Below, piece by piece: positions 38,900 through 50,004 of a stretch of DNA of 64,000 nt. The DNA comes from a bacterium. GTDB lineage: Bacteria; RBG-13-61-14; DATKZS01. How positions within the stretch are numbered: position 1 is the stretch's first letter; each line of letters begins with the position of its first letter. Location: NCBI GenBank assembly GCA_963674965.2, contig CAXXFL010000006.1:640001-704000 (forward strand), written 5' to 3'. A model generated the notes under the pieces. The model did not search any database, was not told the origin of the DNA, and saw only the letters and a program-made list of their open reading frames with translations. The translations under genes and the position numbers were made by a program.

Positions 38900-40071
38900 T
38901 TGACGACGTTCTTGGATTTCAGATCGGCAATTTCCCGGTCCGTGAAACCGGACTCCTCGAGAATATCCCTGGTATGGGCTCCCACGCAAACGCCGGAGTG
39001 CCGATACTCGAGCGACGACCTGGAGAACTTGAAGGGGCTGGCAATCTGCCTAACGGGCGTCCCGTCCTCCATCTCCACCTCGATCACCATTTCCCTGGCC
39101 TCGAGATGAGGATGCCCGGCCATCTCGTCAACCGTCAGGACCGGCTCGACGCAGGCGTCCACTTTCGAGAAGATTTCCTCCCACTCGGAGCGCGTCTTCT
39201 TTTTGAACTCCTTTACGAGTTCCTCCTTTAGCTTCTCGCCCTTCGGGCCCATGGCCAAGTGGAAACTCGAAAGGTCCTCCCGCCCCAGGGCCTTGAGCAT
39301 GGCCTGGAAAAATTGAGGCTCGAGACCGCCCACCGACATGTACCGGCCGTCGCCGGTCTCGTAAAAGCCGTAATAGCCGCCGCCGTTAAGCACGTTGGTT
39401 TCCCATCCTATCTTGTCGCCGTGAAGGTGGTTGGCCCCGTGCAGGGCCCCGAGGGTAACGGCCCCGTCGGTCATGCTTATGTCGATATATTGGCCCTTGC
39501 CGCTCCTTTCCCTCTCGTAGAGGGCGGCCAGAATGGCGATGACCGCGTTCATGCCGCCGCCGCACTGGTCGGCCACCTGAATTCCCGGCGCGACCGGTCC
39601 CACGTCCTTCCTGCCCGTGTAGGACATGACCCCGGAAAGGGACATATAGTTGATGTCGTGACCGGCCCGGAGGCGGTAAGGCCCGTCCTGGCCGTAACCC
39701 GTTATGGAGCAGTAGACGAGCTTTTCGTTATGCCTGGCCAGTTCCTCGTGGCCCACGCCCAGCTTTTCCATCACGCCGGGCCGAAACTGCTCGATAAGAA
39801 CGTCGAAGTTTTTCACCAGGCGCTTGACCACCTCGACCCCCTCAGGCTTTTTCAGGTCCAGGGTGATGCACTTCTTGTTCCGGTTAAGCTCGAGATGGCC
39901 AACGGACATGCCGCCCTTCATGGGAGGCATCATCCGGAGAAGGTCGGGAGGGTTGGCCGCCTCGATCTTGATCACCTCCGCCCCCATGTCGCCCAGGAGC
40001 ATGGTCCCGAAAGGACCCGGCAGCAGCCTGGTGAAATCCAGGACTTTTAAACCCGTTAGCGGACCGCTCAT
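38896..40071 (-). CDS. CoA-transferase family III (CaiB/BaiF; alpha-methylacyl-CoA racemase-like)
   Basis: PLTGLKVLDFTRLLPGP, NRNKK..TLDLK, EQFRPGVM, SITGYGQDGP and AGHDINY. Confidence 0.94.
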   Translation of the reverse strand: MSGPLTGLKVLDFTRLLPGPFGTMLLGDMGAEVIKIEAANPPDLLRMMPPMKGGMSVGHLELNRNKKCITLDLKKPEGVEVVKRLVKNFDVLIEQFRPGVMEKLGVGHEELARHNEKLVYCSITGYGQDGPYRLRAGHDINYMSLSGVMSYTGRKDVGPVAPGIQVADQCGGGMNAVIAILAALYERERSGKGQYIDISMTDGAVTLGALHGANHLHGDKIGWETNVLNGGGYYGFYETGDGRYMSVGGLEPQFFQAMLKALGREDLSSFHLAMGPKGEKLKEELVKEFKKKTRSEWEEIFSKVDACVEPVLTVDEMAGHPHLEAREMVIEVEMEDGTPVRQIASPFKFSRSSLEYRHSGVCVGAHTRDILEESGFTDREIADLKSKNVVK

Positions 40072-40266
40072 ATTTCTTCCTCCATTTCCTCGGCGGAAAT
40101 TGTTATATATCGTCCCGGTTGACGCTCCATCTCTCCCCCTTGTCGCTTCCTTTGCCGGCTCATGGCGAGCCCTTGCCCATCTAAAATCAAGCGGCGCGGA
40201 CGTGCCGGCCCCGCGCCATGTTTTTTCCCGTCAATAAATCCGCCAAGACCTCTCTTCCCTCCCCGG

Positions 40267-40701
40267 TTATTTGCCCTCCTGCTTCATGACCTCTTTGATC
40301 TTGGCGAGCAGCAGTTCCTCCGAGTCCGGCCCCTTGCCTATGTATCCTCGGTAGTTCTTCTTGAAGCCGGGAGACATCTCCGAGACCTCGAGGCTCATTC
40401 TTTCGACGAAATCCTGGTCCCTGGCCGAGTAAATGATAAAAGGCACGGAAACCAGCTCCTCGTACATCAACTCCACGATGGCCCCCACCTGGGCCCCCGT
40501 CATGTCGGGCATCTCCATGTCCAGCACGAACATGTCGATGGCGCTGCGAAGAAAAGGGTCCGCCACCAGGAGACGCTCCAGGTCCTGGGCGTCCTCGGCG
40601 CTCCTCACCTCGAGGCCGGCCCGCTCGAGGGCCTCCCGAACCATCTCCCTGGCCGTCAGGCTGTCCTCAACGTGCATGATTACGTGTTTGCCGTCTCTCA
40701 T
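40267..40701 (-). CDS. Single-domain response regulator receiver
   Basis: HVEDS, LDMEMPDMTG (phospho-Asp), IIYSA and YIGKG. Confidence 0.85.
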   Translation of the reverse strand: MRDGKHVIMHVEDSLTAREMVREALERAGLEVRSAEDAQDLERLLVADPFLRSAIDMFVLDMEMPDMTGAQVGAIVELMYEELVSVPFIIYSARDQDFVERMSLEVSEMSPGFKKNYRGYIGKGPDSEELLLAKIKEVMKQEGK

Positions 40702-40727
40702 TTTTCCTCTCCAAGCATGATGACGCC

Positions 40728-41399
40728 TCACGGCGTCGAGTTGGTCCTGGCGCGGACCGCCTTCTTAAGGCGATCGGCTCTTTTCTCTCCCTTTTCGTCC
40801 TTGACCAGGGACTCCTCGTCGATAAAAGCGTATTGCACGCTCACCGCCGACTCGTATAGAGTATTGACTATACCGTAAAACGGGTTCGAGGGCGTCTCGC
40901 ATCCATGGGCCTGCACGGCTAGGTCCGCCGCCCGAAACAACCTGGCCGCCCTCTTCAGGTGATAGGGCGAACTGACCAATATACAGCTCGTCCAGCCCCG
41001 TTCCTTCATTATCTTCGCCGAGTAGCGGGCGTTACCGATGGTGTCCATCGCCTCGCGCTCCTCGATGACGGAGTCGGCCGGCACGCCCAGCCCCAGCAGG
41101 GCCTCCTTCATGACCGCCGACTCGTAATAGTCCTTATAGGTGTTGCCCCCCGTCACGATTATCGCCTCCGCCAAGCCCCGCGAGAAAAGATCGGCCCCGG
41201 CCTCGACCCTCCTTAAAAGCTCCGGCCTTATGGTCCCCTTTTTGTCCACGGGAGGACCGTAACCCAAAATCACTATGGCGTCGGCGCGCGTCAAGCCCTC
41301 CTCCATTACCTCACGCGGTCCTTTCTTTGGGGCGCAACCCAGGATCAACAATGACGTTACAACCACCAAGATGGCCGCTTTATTCGAGAGTCCAATCAT
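40728..41399 (-). CDS. YdcF/DUF218 (ElyC/SanA-like) protein, probable lipoprotein
   Basis: Lipobox ILGC; DAIVILG, IIVTGG, ES..M, DTIGNA and VSSPYHLKRA. Confidence 0.88.
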   Translation of the reverse strand: MIGLSNKAAILVVVTSLLILGCAPKKGPREVMEEGLTRADAIVILGYGPPVDKKGTIRPELLRRVEAGADLFSRGLAEAIIVTGGNTYKDYYESAVMKEALLGLGVPADSVIEEREAMDTIGNARYSAKIMKERGWTSCILVSSPYHLKRAARLFRAADLAVQAHGCETPSNPFYGIVNTLYESAVSVQYAFIDEESLVKDEKGEKRADRLKKAVRARTNSTP

Positions 41400-41533
41400 C
41401 TCCAAATTCGTTTTACCAGATAATCTATCAAACCGCGGGCGCCTGGACAAGGCCGGCCCATAACTTTCGTTATTTTATTCGCCGGACAGGCGTCCGGGAA
41501 TATCACCTTTTATTCCGTTTCGGCGCCGTTGTA

Positions 41534-43030
41534 TTACAACCTGACCCTTTCCACCGCCTTTTTCCATCCCGAGTAAAGCTTTTCCCTTTCCTCGGTCCCC
41601 ATGGTCGGCTGGAATTTTCTCTCGGTTTTCCTTACTCTTGCCAACTCGTCGGCCGACTTCCAAAGTCCCACTCCCAGTCCGGCCAGATAGGCGGCCCCCA
41701 GCGAGGTCGTCTCGTGCATGACCGGGCGGTCAACGGTAAGATCGAGAAGGTCGGCCTGGAACTGCATGAGGAAGTCGTTGGCGCAGGCCCCGCCGTCAAC
41801 CCTCAACTCGACCAGGCCAAAGCCCGCGCCGGCTTCCTCCAGGTCCTTCTTCATGGCCTCGATCATGTCCTTTGACTGATAGGCGATGGACTCGAGGGCG
41901 GCCCTGACTATATGCGCCCTTCCCGTTCCCCTGGTCATTCCCACCAGCGCCCCCCTGGCCCGGGGGTCCCAGTAGGGCGCGCCAAGACCCACGAAGGCGG
42001 GAACAAGATACACGCCCCCCGTGTCCTTGATCGATGTTGCCATGTCCTGGGTCTCGCCCGCGTTCTTGACGATCCGAAGCTCGTCGCGCAGCCACTGGAT
42101 GGCCGCTCCCCCGATGAATATGGAACCCTCGAGGGCGTAGCCCGGTCCGCCGTCGGGACCGCAGGCCACGGTCGTGACCAGTCCCGCCGACGAGCGAAGC
42201 GACCTTTTGCCCGTGAAAATGAGACAGAAGCAGCCCGTGCCGTAGGTGTTCTTGATCGTGCCCGGCTCGAAGCATCCCTGCCCGAAGAGCGCGGCCTGCT
42301 GGTCTCCCGCCACGCCCGCGATGGGCAGGCCGCTTCCCAGAAAGTCGGAGCAGGTCTCGGCCATGACTCCCGAGCTGTTCCTGACCTCCGGCAGCATCGA
42401 GCGGGGAATGCCCAGCTCTCCCAGCAGCTCCTCGTCCCACTCGAGCTTCTCAATGTTGTAGATCATGGTCCGCGAGGCGTTGGTGTGGTCCGTGACGTGG
42501 GTCTTGCCTCCAGACAGCTTGTGGATGAGCCAGGAGTCGATGGTCCCGAAGCAAAGCTTGCCCGCCTCGGCCTTGTCCCTGGCGCCGGGTACCTTGTCCA
42601 GTATCCACTTGATCTTGGTCCCGGAGAAATAAGCGTCGATGACGAGGCCGGTCTTGGCGCGGACCGTATCCTCGAGTCCCCTCGATTTGAGTTCCTCGCA
42701 AAGGTCGGCCGTCCGGCGGCACTGCCAGACGATGGCGTTGTAGACCGGTTTTCCCGTTTCCTTTTCCCAGACCACCGCGGTCTCGCGCTGGTTGGTGATG
42801 CCGATCCCCGCCAGATCGCTCGGCTTGACGCCCGCGTCCTCCGCGGCCGCCTCCATCACCTTCGAGGTGACCGTCCAGATTTCCTCGGGGTCGTGCTCGA
42901 CCCAGCCCGGCTCCGGATAATGCTGCGTGAACTCCGAGTAGCCCCGGCCGGCGACCTCGCCATCCTCGTTAACCACCAGCGCGGTGGTCCCCGTCGTGCC
43001 CTGATCGATGGATAAAATGAACTTGGACAT
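41534..43030 (-). CDS. glpK: Glycerol kinase
   Basis: [57 protein letters not shown] and GLGAPYWD. Confidence 0.97.
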   Translation of the reverse strand: MSKFILSIDQGTTGTTALVVNEDGEVAGRGYSEFTQHYPEPGWVEHDPEEIWTVTSKVMEAAAEDAGVKPSDLAGIGITNQRETAVVWEKETGKPVYNAIVWQCRRTADLCEELKSRGLEDTVRAKTGLVIDAYFSGTKIKWILDKVPGARDKAEAGKLCFGTIDSWLIHKLSGGKTHVTDHTNASRTMIYNIEKLEWDEELLGELGIPRSMLPEVRNSSGVMAETCSDFLGSGLPIAGVAGDQQAALFGQGCFEPGTIKNTYGTGCFCLIFTGKRSLRSSAGLVTTVACGPDGGPGYALEGSIFIGGAAIQWLRDELRIVKNAGETQDMATSIKDTGGVYLVPAFVGLGAPYWDPRARGALVGMTRGTGRAHIVRAALESIAYQSKDMIEAMKKDLEEAGAGFGLVELRVDGGACANDFLMQFQADLLDLTVDRPVMHETTSLGAAYLAGLGVGLWKSADELARVRKTERKFQPTMGTEEREKLYSGWKKAVERVRL

Positions 43031-43077
43031 TTCCCGGTCCCCCTCCTCGATATTGCCGCCCGAGCGCCTCGGGCGTA

Positions 43078-43929
43078 TTAACCTGGCAGGCCCTCCTCGA
43101 GCGCCTTCCTCATCGCCTCCACCGGCGCCTTCTCGCCGGTCCAGGCCTCGTACTGAAGGACGCCCTGGTTCAGAAGCATGTCCAGCCCGCGAGCAGTCCG
43201 GCACCCGGCCTCCCTGGCCTCCTTAAGAAGCCTCGTCTCCCGCGGGTTGTAAACGATGTCCATCACCGCCTGGTCCGCCCGCCAAAGCCCGGGGGAAACG
43301 ACCGACTCGCCCTCCTTCGGGTGCATGCCCACGGGAGTGCAGTGGATGACCACCTCCGCCCTCTCCATGGCCGCCGCCAGGGTCCTCTCGTTTAAAAGGT
43401 CCGACTCCGTCTCGACGCCCGCCTTGTCGCGGCAGTCGGCCGCCAGGGTCTCGAGTTCCTTCTCGATCACCCCGAGGATATGGAGGGAGCCGAGTCCGGC
43501 TTTGGCGCCCAGAGTGATGGCCACGGCCCGGGCCCCGCCGCCTGAGCCTAGGATCAGCGCCCGCTTTCCCTCAAGCTCGACCCCCGCGTCAACCAGGGCC
43601 TTCATGGCGCCGGCCCCGTCGGTGTTGGTTCCTACCAGCCGGCCGTCCTCGTTTATTATCGTGTTGACCGAGCCTATCCACTCGGCCACCGGGTCCAGCT
43701 CGTCCAGGTGCTCCATCACCGCCACCTTGTGGGGGATGGTCACGGAAGAGCCGCGGATGCCCAGGGCGCGGATGCCCTGGACCGCCGCCCTCAGGTCCTT
43801 AACCTGGAAGGGAACGTAAACCCAGTCCAGACCGGCCGCCGCGTAAGCCGCGTTGTGCATGGCCGGCGAAAGCGAGTGCTCCACCGGGTCCGCGATGATA
43901 CAACAAACCTTGGTCTTTGCGCTTACCAT
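43078..43929 (-). CDS. aroE: Shikimate dehydrogenase
   Basis: [45 protein letters not shown] and GLDMLLNQG. Confidence 0.95.
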   Translation of the reverse strand: MVSAKTKVCCIIADPVEHSLSPAMHNAAYAAAGLDWVYVPFQVKDLRAAVQGIRALGIRGSSVTIPHKVAVMEHLDELDPVAEWIGSVNTIINEDGRLVGTNTDGAGAMKALVDAGVELEGKRALILGSGGGARAVAITLGAKAGLGSLHILGVIEKELETLAADCRDKAGVETESDLLNERTLAAAMERAEVVIHCTPVGMHPKEGESVVSPGLWRADQAVMDIVYNPRETRLLKEAREAGCRTARGLDMLLNQGVLQYEAWTGEKAPVEAMRKALEEGLPG

Positions 43930-44075
43930 TCGATACTCCTCCTCGAGGCGCCGGAAAGATCGTCTCCCGGCGCGGGTACTACAATATAAAATTTTTCACG
44001 CGAGCGCGCAATAAGGCGCCTCCCTTCTCGGGTCCGATCAGGCGCCCGCGCAAAAGCGGGATATAGCGCGCGAGC

Positions 44076-44104
44076 TTGCCATGAGATCGTATAAATCGCA
44101 TAAT
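44076..44104 (+). promoter_or_regulatory. Sigma70-type promoter for the ECF genes
   Basis: TTGCCA-17 nt-CATAAT, about 20 nt upstream of ATG 44124. Confidence 0.45.
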
Positions 44105-44123
44105 CGGGTAATCCATTTTCACC

Positions 44124-45833
44124 ATGACCGCGATTGAAATAAAGGGAGCGAGCTTTCGCTACAAGGGAGCCCAAAGGGACGCTCTCGTAAAAATCGACCT
44201 CGTGGCCGCGAGGGGCGAGAGGATCGGAGTGGCCGGCTTGACCGGCGCGGGCAAGTCCAGCCTGCTCCGCCTGGTCAACCGGCTTATTCCCCACGTCCAC
44301 AGGGGTGACCTGACGGGAACGGTCGAACTCTTCGGGGAGGACGTTTCAGGCCGCCGTCCGGCCCAGCTTTGCCGCGAGGTGGGCATGGTCTTCCAGGACT
44401 TCGAGAGCCAGCTCTTCTCCACCGCGGCAATAATGGACGCGGCCTTCGGCCCTGAGAACCTGGGACTTGAATCCTCTGAAATAAGGCGGCGCGCCCTCGA
44501 GGCGATCGAGCGGGTCGGCCTTTCCGGCCTGGAGGACCGGGACCCCGCGACCCTCTCGGGCGGACAGAAGCAGCGCCTGGCCATCGCCTGCGTGCTGGCC
44601 ATGAAGCCGAGGATTGTCTGTCTTGACGAGCCCACCACCGACCTGGACCCCCAGGGAAGGGACGAGGTCTCGTCGATCGTCAACGACCTTTCCGCCGAGG
44701 GCGTCACCATGCTGGTGGCTGAGCACGACGCGGAAATCCTCAAGTCCTCGGGAAGGGTCATCGGCCTCGAGGAGGGAAGGATGGTCCTCGACTCCAGGCC
44801 GGAGGACCTTCTCCTCTCCGGCGACCTTTGCCGTTCCATGGGCGTCCGGCGGCCCGCGCTTATCGAGGCCGTTTCCGCGCTGGGGCTGGCCGCTGGGCCG
44901 TTATCCCCCGTTGAAGTCGCTCAAGAGATGCGGCGCTCGGGCCTCATGGTTGACGCCGCGACCTCCGAGTCACTCGCCAAGTCCGACGCCGTGAGGGCCT
45001 CCGCCCTGGGGGAGGAAACGGTCGCGTTCGACTCGGCTCGCCACTCCTACGAGGGAGGGTTCGAGGCCCTGGGCGGCGTCACCCTTTCTATAAAGGCGGG
45101 TGATTTCGTGTGTCTCCTGGGCAGGAACGGCTCGGGCAAGACCACTCTTGCCAAGCATATAAATGGACTTCTGAAGCCGTCCTCCGGCTCCGTCGCCGTC
45201 AAGGGCGTGGACAACGCCGGGCGGGACCCCGGCGAGCTGGGACGCGAGGTGGGGTTCGTTTTCCAGGACCCGGACCACCAGATATTCGCGGCCACGGTCC
45301 AGGAGGAAGTGGCCTTCGCTCCCCGCAACTTCGGCGTGGAAAAGGACGAGATCGAGAGACGGGTCGCCGCGGCCCTCGAGCTGACGGGGCTGTCGGACCA
45401 CCGCGAGTCCGATCCCTTCGTGCTCACCAAGGGCATGCGCCAAAGGGTCGCCCTCGCCTCCGTGCTCAGCTCGGAGCCGGAAATAATCGTTTTCGACGAG
45501 CCCACCACCGGGCTGGACTACCCCGCCCAGCGGGCGGTCATGGACCTTCTTCATAAGCTTAATCAAAGCGGCAAGACGGTGATCGTCATTACTCACGCCC
45601 TGTGGGTGGCGGCCGAGTACGCCAGGCGCCTGGTGGTGATGGACCGGGGCGCGGTGGTGGGTGACGGCCCGGCCCGGGAGATCATGTCCGACGCCGGCCT
45701 GATGGAGAAGGCCGGCCTCAGGGTCCCCGATATCACTCGCCTGGGCCTCGAGCTGGGAGTGAAAATCACAAGCCCGGCCGAGCTTCTCCTGGCCCTGGGC
45801 CGGGACAAGGGCAAGCGGGGAGGCCCGTCATGA
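44124..45833 (+). CDS. ECF transporter duplicated ATPase (fused A1-A2)
   Basis: Two ABC domains: GLTGAGKS/LSGGQKQR/LDEPT and GRNGSGKT/LTKGMRQR/FDEPT; FQD..SQ and FQDPDHQ Q-loops. Confidence 0.92.
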   Translation: MTAIEIKGASFRYKGAQRDALVKIDLVAARGERIGVAGLTGAGKSSLLRLVNRLIPHVHRGDLTGTVELFGEDVSGRRPAQLCREVGMVFQDFESQLFSTAAIMDAAFGPENLGLESSEIRRRALEAIERVGLSGLEDRDPATLSGGQKQRLAIACVLAMKPRIVCLDEPTTDLDPQGRDEVSSIVNDLSAEGVTMLVAEHDAEILKSSGRVIGLEEGRMVLDSRPEDLLLSGDLCRSMGVRRPALIEAVSALGLAAGPLSPVEVAQEMRRSGLMVDAATSESLAKSDAVRASALGEETVAFDSARHSYEGGFEALGGVTLSIKAGDFVCLLGRNGSGKTTLAKHINGLLKPSSGSVAVKGVDNAGRDPGELGREVGFVFQDPDHQIFAATVQEEVAFAPRNFGVEKDEIERRVAAALELTGLSDHRESDPFVLTKGMRQRVALASVLSSEPEIIVFDEPTTGLDYPAQRAVMDLLHKLNQSGKTVIVITHALWVAAEYARRLVVMDRGAVVGDGPAREIMSDAGLMEKAGLRVPDITRLGLELGVKITSPAELLLALGRDKGKRGGPS

Positions 45834-46609
45834 GCCGGGGGTTCTATTGTCCCGGCGACGGTTTCTTTCATCGGCTTCATCCGGTGACCAAGATAGTCGT
45901 CCTGTTCCTGTCCTTCATATCCGCCATGGCGCTCGATCATCCCCTTTGGGTGCTCCTTCTTTTCATGGTCTACGCCCTGCTCGGGGCCAGGACCGGCGCC
46001 ATGAAAAACGCCGGGCGCGTGGCCGTCATCCTGGTCCTGGTCGCCGTCGCCAGCTTCGGTATCTGGAGTTTTTCCTACGAGGGAGGGACCGAGGTTTTCC
46101 GCCTCGGCCCCCTTTCGGTGACGCGGGAAGGAATGCTCTTTGGCGCGGGCATGGGCCTTCGCCTCGACCTGATGGTTTTTTGCGGCTTGATTTTCCTCGC
46201 CGTCACGCCGGTGGAGGAGTTGACCCATGGCCTCACCCGCTTGGGCGTTCCCTTTCCCGTTGGCTTTGCCCTTTCTCTCAGTTTCCGGCTGGCCCCTCTT
46301 TTTTCCGACACGGTGGGGTCCATACTCGACGCTCAGCGGGCGCGGGGCCTGATCGTGAAGGGTGGTCCCATAAGTCGCCTTCGCCTTTACGTCCCTCTTT
46401 TCGTCCCCGTTTTCGCCGGGGCCCTGAGAAGGACCGACCAACTGGCGGCGGCCCTCGAGTCCAAGGGCTTCGGCCTCGGAGTCAAACGGGGCAGCCTGGT
46501 CGATTATCGCGCCGGATACCGGGACGTCGTCTCCCTTATAGTCGTGACGGCCATAATAATCGCCTTGATCGCCGTCCGCCTCCTTGGCTGGGGCATGGTG
46601 GCCGGATAA
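45830..46609 (+). CDS. ecfT: ECF transporter transmembrane T component
   Basis: HRLHPVTK, plus the AQRARG and ALESKGF coupling motifs. Confidence 0.92.
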   Translation: MSRGFYCPGDGFFHRLHPVTKIVVLFLSFISAMALDHPLWVLLLFMVYALLGARTGAMKNAGRVAVILVLVAVASFGIWSFSYEGGTEVFRLGPLSVTREGMLFGAGMGLRLDLMVFCGLIFLAVTPVEELTHGLTRLGVPFPVGFALSLSFRLAPLFSDTVGSILDAQRARGLIVKGGPISRLRLYVPLFVPVFAGALRRTDQLAAALESKGFGLGVKRGSLVDYRAGYRDVVSLIVVTAIIIALIAVRLLGWGMVAG

Positions 46610-46779
46610 ATGGAAAATATTGGCCTTATGTCGGTCGCCTCTTGATTTTTCCACCGCTTCTCGTGTTATGATTAAGCGTCGCGCACTGTCCGGGGCGTGG
46701 TCCGCGGCATTCGAGCCGTTATTTTTTTCCCGGCGCGGTTCTGGCCGGGGGGACGTATTAACGCTGAGAGGAGCCCATA

Positions 46780-48594
46780 ATGGAAGACAGAAGCATCCCC
46801 GACCGATTGTACAAACTGGTGGCGAAACACCCCGACCGCGTGCTTTTCAAGAACAAGGAAAACAACGCCTGGAGGAACGTGACTTACGGCGAGGTGGGCA
46901 AGACCGCCTCCGAGATCGCCTACGGCCTCTTCGAGCTTGGCATTCAGGCGGGAGACCGCGTCTCGGTCCTGGCCGAGAACAGCCTCGACTGGATTTTCGC
47001 CGATCTTGGAATATTGTCCGCCGGCGGCGTGACCGTGACCATCTATCCCTCCAACCTTCCCCACGAGGTCGAGTACATCGTGTCCAACTCCGGGTCCAGG
47101 TACATCGTCATCTCCAATGAGGACCAGTACAAAAAACTTGCCGACCGGGCCGAGACCATGTCCTGCCTGGAGAAAATCGTGTCCCTCGAGGACGTGCCCG
47201 GCGCGGCGGACGACGTTATCTCCCTGGCCGGCCTTCGCGAGCTGGGCGTGAAGAGGATGGAGAAGTCGGCCGACGAGCTGACAAAAAGGATTGGCGAGAT
47301 CAAACCCGAGGACCTTTGCACCATGGTCTACACCTCGGGGACCACGGGACCGCCCAAGGGCGCCATGATCACCCACGGCAACATCCTGTCCGTCTACTAC
47401 ATGCTCGACAAGGTGCTGGCCCTCGACCCGGACACTGACGTGTCCCTCTCGATCCTTCCCTACGCCCACGTCTACGAGAGGATCGGAGGACTCTTCACGG
47501 GAATATTCGCCGGCATCACCATCGCCATCTGCGAGGGCCTGGACAAGATCACGGCCAACGTGGCGGAGATCCGGCCCACCCTTATTCTCGGCGCCCCCCG
47601 CCTTTACGAGAAGATGTACGCGGCCATCCTCAAGAACATCGAGAGCCAGTCGCCGCTCAAGAAGAAAATCTTCGAGTGGGCCATGTCCGTGGGCCGCGAG
47701 GTCGGTCCGTACAAGCTGGCGGAAAAGCCCCTGCCCGCCGTCCTGGGCGTCAAGTACAAGCTGGCCGACAAGCTGGTGTTCGACACCATCAAGCAGAAGT
47801 TCGGGGGCCGCATAAGGTTCTTCGTCAGCGCGGCGGCGCCCATCTCGAAGGACATCATCGAGTTCTTCCACGCCCTGGATATCCTCATTATCGAGGGATG
47901 GGGCATGACCGAGACCAGCGCTCCCTCGACCGTGAACCGTCCGGGCGAGATCAAGTTCGGCACCGTGGGCAAGGCCCTGCCGGGGGTCGAGGTGGTCATC
48001 GCCGACGACGGCGAGGTCATGGTCAAGGGGCCCAACGTATTCGGGGGCTACTTCTCGAAGGACGGCGCCATTCGCGACGAGTTCAGGGAGGACGGCTTCT
48101 TCCACACGGGCGATATCGGAAAGATCGACGAGGACGGATACCTCTCCATCACCGACCGGAAAAAGGACATCATCATCACGGCCGGCGGCAAGAACATCGC
48201 CCCCCAAAACGTGGAGAACCTCCTCAAGACCGACCTTTACATCTCCGAGGCCCTGGTCTTCGGCGACAGAAAGAAATTCCTCTCCGCCATCATCACCCTC
48301 GACGAGGAGGCGGTCCAGGAATGGGCGGCCAAGGAAGGCGTATCCTTCAAGGACTTCGCCGAGCTGTCCCAAAAGCCCGAGACCTACCGCCTGGTCGAGG
48401 GAAGGCTGGCCATACTCAATAAAAGTCTTCCCAAACACGAGACCATCAAGCGTTTCCGCCTTTTGGACCGGCAGTTCCTGCAGGACAAGGGTGAGATCAC
48501 GCCCACCATGAAACTGAAGAGGAAAGTACTTTACGATAAGTTCAAAAACGTCTTCGAGGAGTTCTACGAGGGACTCGAGGACGGGGCCATTTAA
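46780..48594 (+). CDS. Long-chain fatty acid-CoA ligase (AMP-binding)
   Basis: YTSGTTGPPKG, LPYAHVYER, EGWGMTET, FHTGDIG, ITDRKKD, GGKNIAP and TPTMKLKR. Confidence 0.95.
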   Translation: MEDRSIPDRLYKLVAKHPDRVLFKNKENNAWRNVTYGEVGKTASEIAYGLFELGIQAGDRVSVLAENSLDWIFADLGILSAGGVTVTIYPSNLPHEVEYIVSNSGSRYIVISNEDQYKKLADRAETMSCLEKIVSLEDVPGAADDVISLAGLRELGVKRMEKSADELTKRIGEIKPEDLCTMVYTSGTTGPPKGAMITHGNILSVYYMLDKVLALDPDTDVSLSILPYAHVYERIGGLFTGIFAGITIAICEGLDKITANVAEIRPTLILGAPRLYEKMYAAILKNIESQSPLKKKIFEWAMSVGREVGPYKLAEKPLPAVLGVKYKLADKLVFDTIKQKFGGRIRFFVSAAAPISKDIIEFFHALDILIIEGWGMTETSAPSTVNRPGEIKFGTVGKALPGVEVVIADDGEVMVKGPNVFGGYFSKDGAIRDEFREDGFFHTGDIGKIDEDGYLSITDRKKDIIITAGGKNIAPQNVENLLKTDLYISEALVFGDRKKFLSAIITLDEEAVQEWAAKEGVSFKDFAELSQKPETYRLVEGRLAILNKSLPKHETIKRFRLLDRQFLQDKGEITPTMKLKRKVLYDKFKNVFEEFYEGLEDGAI

Positions 48595-48606
48595 AGGGAG
48601 GCGGAC

Positions 48607-49368
48607 ATGGAAATCAGAAGAAGGGGCTTCATGGGCCTGGCCGCCGCGGCCGGGCTGGGCGCGGCGTTCCTGCGGGGAGTGAAGTCCTGGGCCAGGGGCC
48701 TTCCCTCCGACCCGGGCTCGGGGGCCAAGGCGGAGGGCGATGAGATAGCCCTGCCCGCGTTCGAGAAAAACCTCGGGGTCAGCCTGGATCAGGCCATGCT
48801 GTCGAGGAAATCCGACCGGTCCTTTGACGGGGGCAAGACCTTAAGCATGGAGCAGGTGGCGCGCGTTCTCTGGTCGGCCAACGGGGTCAACAGGGAGGAC
48901 GGCCACCGGACCACGCCCAGCGCCCTGGCGCTCTACCCGGTGGACGTTTACGCGGCCCTGCCCGATGGGGTTTTCCTCTACGCCCTCAAGGAGCACAAGC
49001 TGGTCAAGGTCTCGGGAGAGGACATAAGGGACAAAGTACCCATCTTCCAGGCCGGGCTTAAAAAGGCGGCCATGATGATACTTTACGTCATCCGGGCAGA
49101 CAAGGCGGTGGACGACAAGAACATGCTTTCCAACCTCGAGGCCTCCGAGGCGACCGAGCAGGAGATAGCCAAGGTGGTCGAGAACAAGACCAAGTGGGCC
49201 GACCTCGAGATCGGATGCATGGTCCAGAACGCCTACCTCGAGGCGGCGGCCCTGGGCCTCGGTTCATGCGTGTTCGCCCTGGTCAGGTTCGACAAGGTCT
49301 CGGGCTACATGGGCCTCAAGGACAACCAGGTCCTGAGAATAGCCCAGGCCGTGGGACCGCTGAAGTAA
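48607..49368 (+). CDS. Tat-exported nitroreductase-family (SagB-like) flavoprotein
   Basis: Tat signal RRRGFMG; RKSDRSF, LWSANG, RTTPSA and QNAYLEAAALGLGS. Confidence 0.87.
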   Translation: MEIRRRGFMGLAAAAGLGAAFLRGVKSWARGLPSDPGSGAKAEGDEIALPAFEKNLGVSLDQAMLSRKSDRSFDGGKTLSMEQVARVLWSANGVNREDGHRTTPSALALYPVDVYAALPDGVFLYALKEHKLVKVSGEDIRDKVPIFQAGLKKAAMMILYVIRADKAVDDKNMLSNLEASEATEQEIAKVVENKTKWADLEIGCMVQNAYLEAAALGLGSCVFALVRFDKVSGYMGLKDNQVLRIAQAVGPLK

Positions 49369-49375
49369 AGGGAAA

Positions 49376-49696
49376 ATAGTATCTCGAAAGGAAGCGAAGG
49401 ACGAGTTAGGTTTGCCGATTGAAAAACCGAACGACGACCTTTACAAACTGATTAAGTCGATTTATGACGACGTCGCTGATGAACTCAAACTGAATGATCC
49501 GTTCGACCCGAGCGTATCCCTGGGCACGGACCCGGAAAAGCAATACGAACACCATCGTGCTATTATTGAGAGCGTGAGCGGAGGTTCTGACGTATTTATC
49601 ACTGAGGGACGGCTCGTAAAAACACAGGTCCATGTACAGCCGGGTGTAATCAGGGAAACCATTCAGGACAGCCCAATATATGAGGGATGGAAATGA
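49376..49696 (+). pseudogene. C-terminal fragment of an SDH-family Clp-fold serine protease
   Basis: IVSRKEAKDELGLPIEKPNDDLYKLIKSIYDD..ELKL..PFDP...RAIIES...EGWK. No start or N-terminal catalytic half; begins immediately after the nitroreductase stop. Confidence 0.55.
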
Positions 49697-49998
49697 AGTC
49701 ATCGACCAATAAATATGAGAAAGACGATGAAAGCTTCTTCGCCACCGGGACTTCCGTAAGTTCGATTACGGTGGGGACGGCAACTAACGTTCGCTATTTC
49801 AACTATTCCCCCGCGCTGTTCCCCGATCTGAATCCTGAGCATGATATTGCGCCAATCGTTCATCCGATGGATATAGTAAAGCCTTCCAAGGAACAGTTGC
49901 TTCGATTGGCGAATGAAGCCTACGCCGCGCTTGATCCTGATGATCGCGACGAGATGGACGTTTGGGACGCAACGATCAAAGACGGGTTGGAAGAATAA
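49693..49998 (+). CDS. Putative MazE-type antitoxin (C-terminal neutralising segment, atypical N-terminus)
   Basis: Acidic C-terminus LANEAYAAL...WDATIKDGLEE, typical of antitoxins upstream of PemK/MazF genes; 6 nt before the mazF-like ORF. Confidence 0.6.
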   Translation: MKSSTNKYEKDDESFFATGTSVSSITVGTATNVRYFNYSPALFPDLNPEHDIAPIVHPMDIVKPSKEQLLRLANEAYAALDPDDRDEMDVWDATIKDGLEE

Positions 49999-50004
49999 CA
50001 TGTC

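Noticed and set aside
48607-49368. SagB-like dehydrogenase as a sign of a RiPP (azole) cluster
   Set aside because: No YcaO, E1-like protein or precursor nearby; the Tat signal fits a stand-alone periplasmic nitroreductase.
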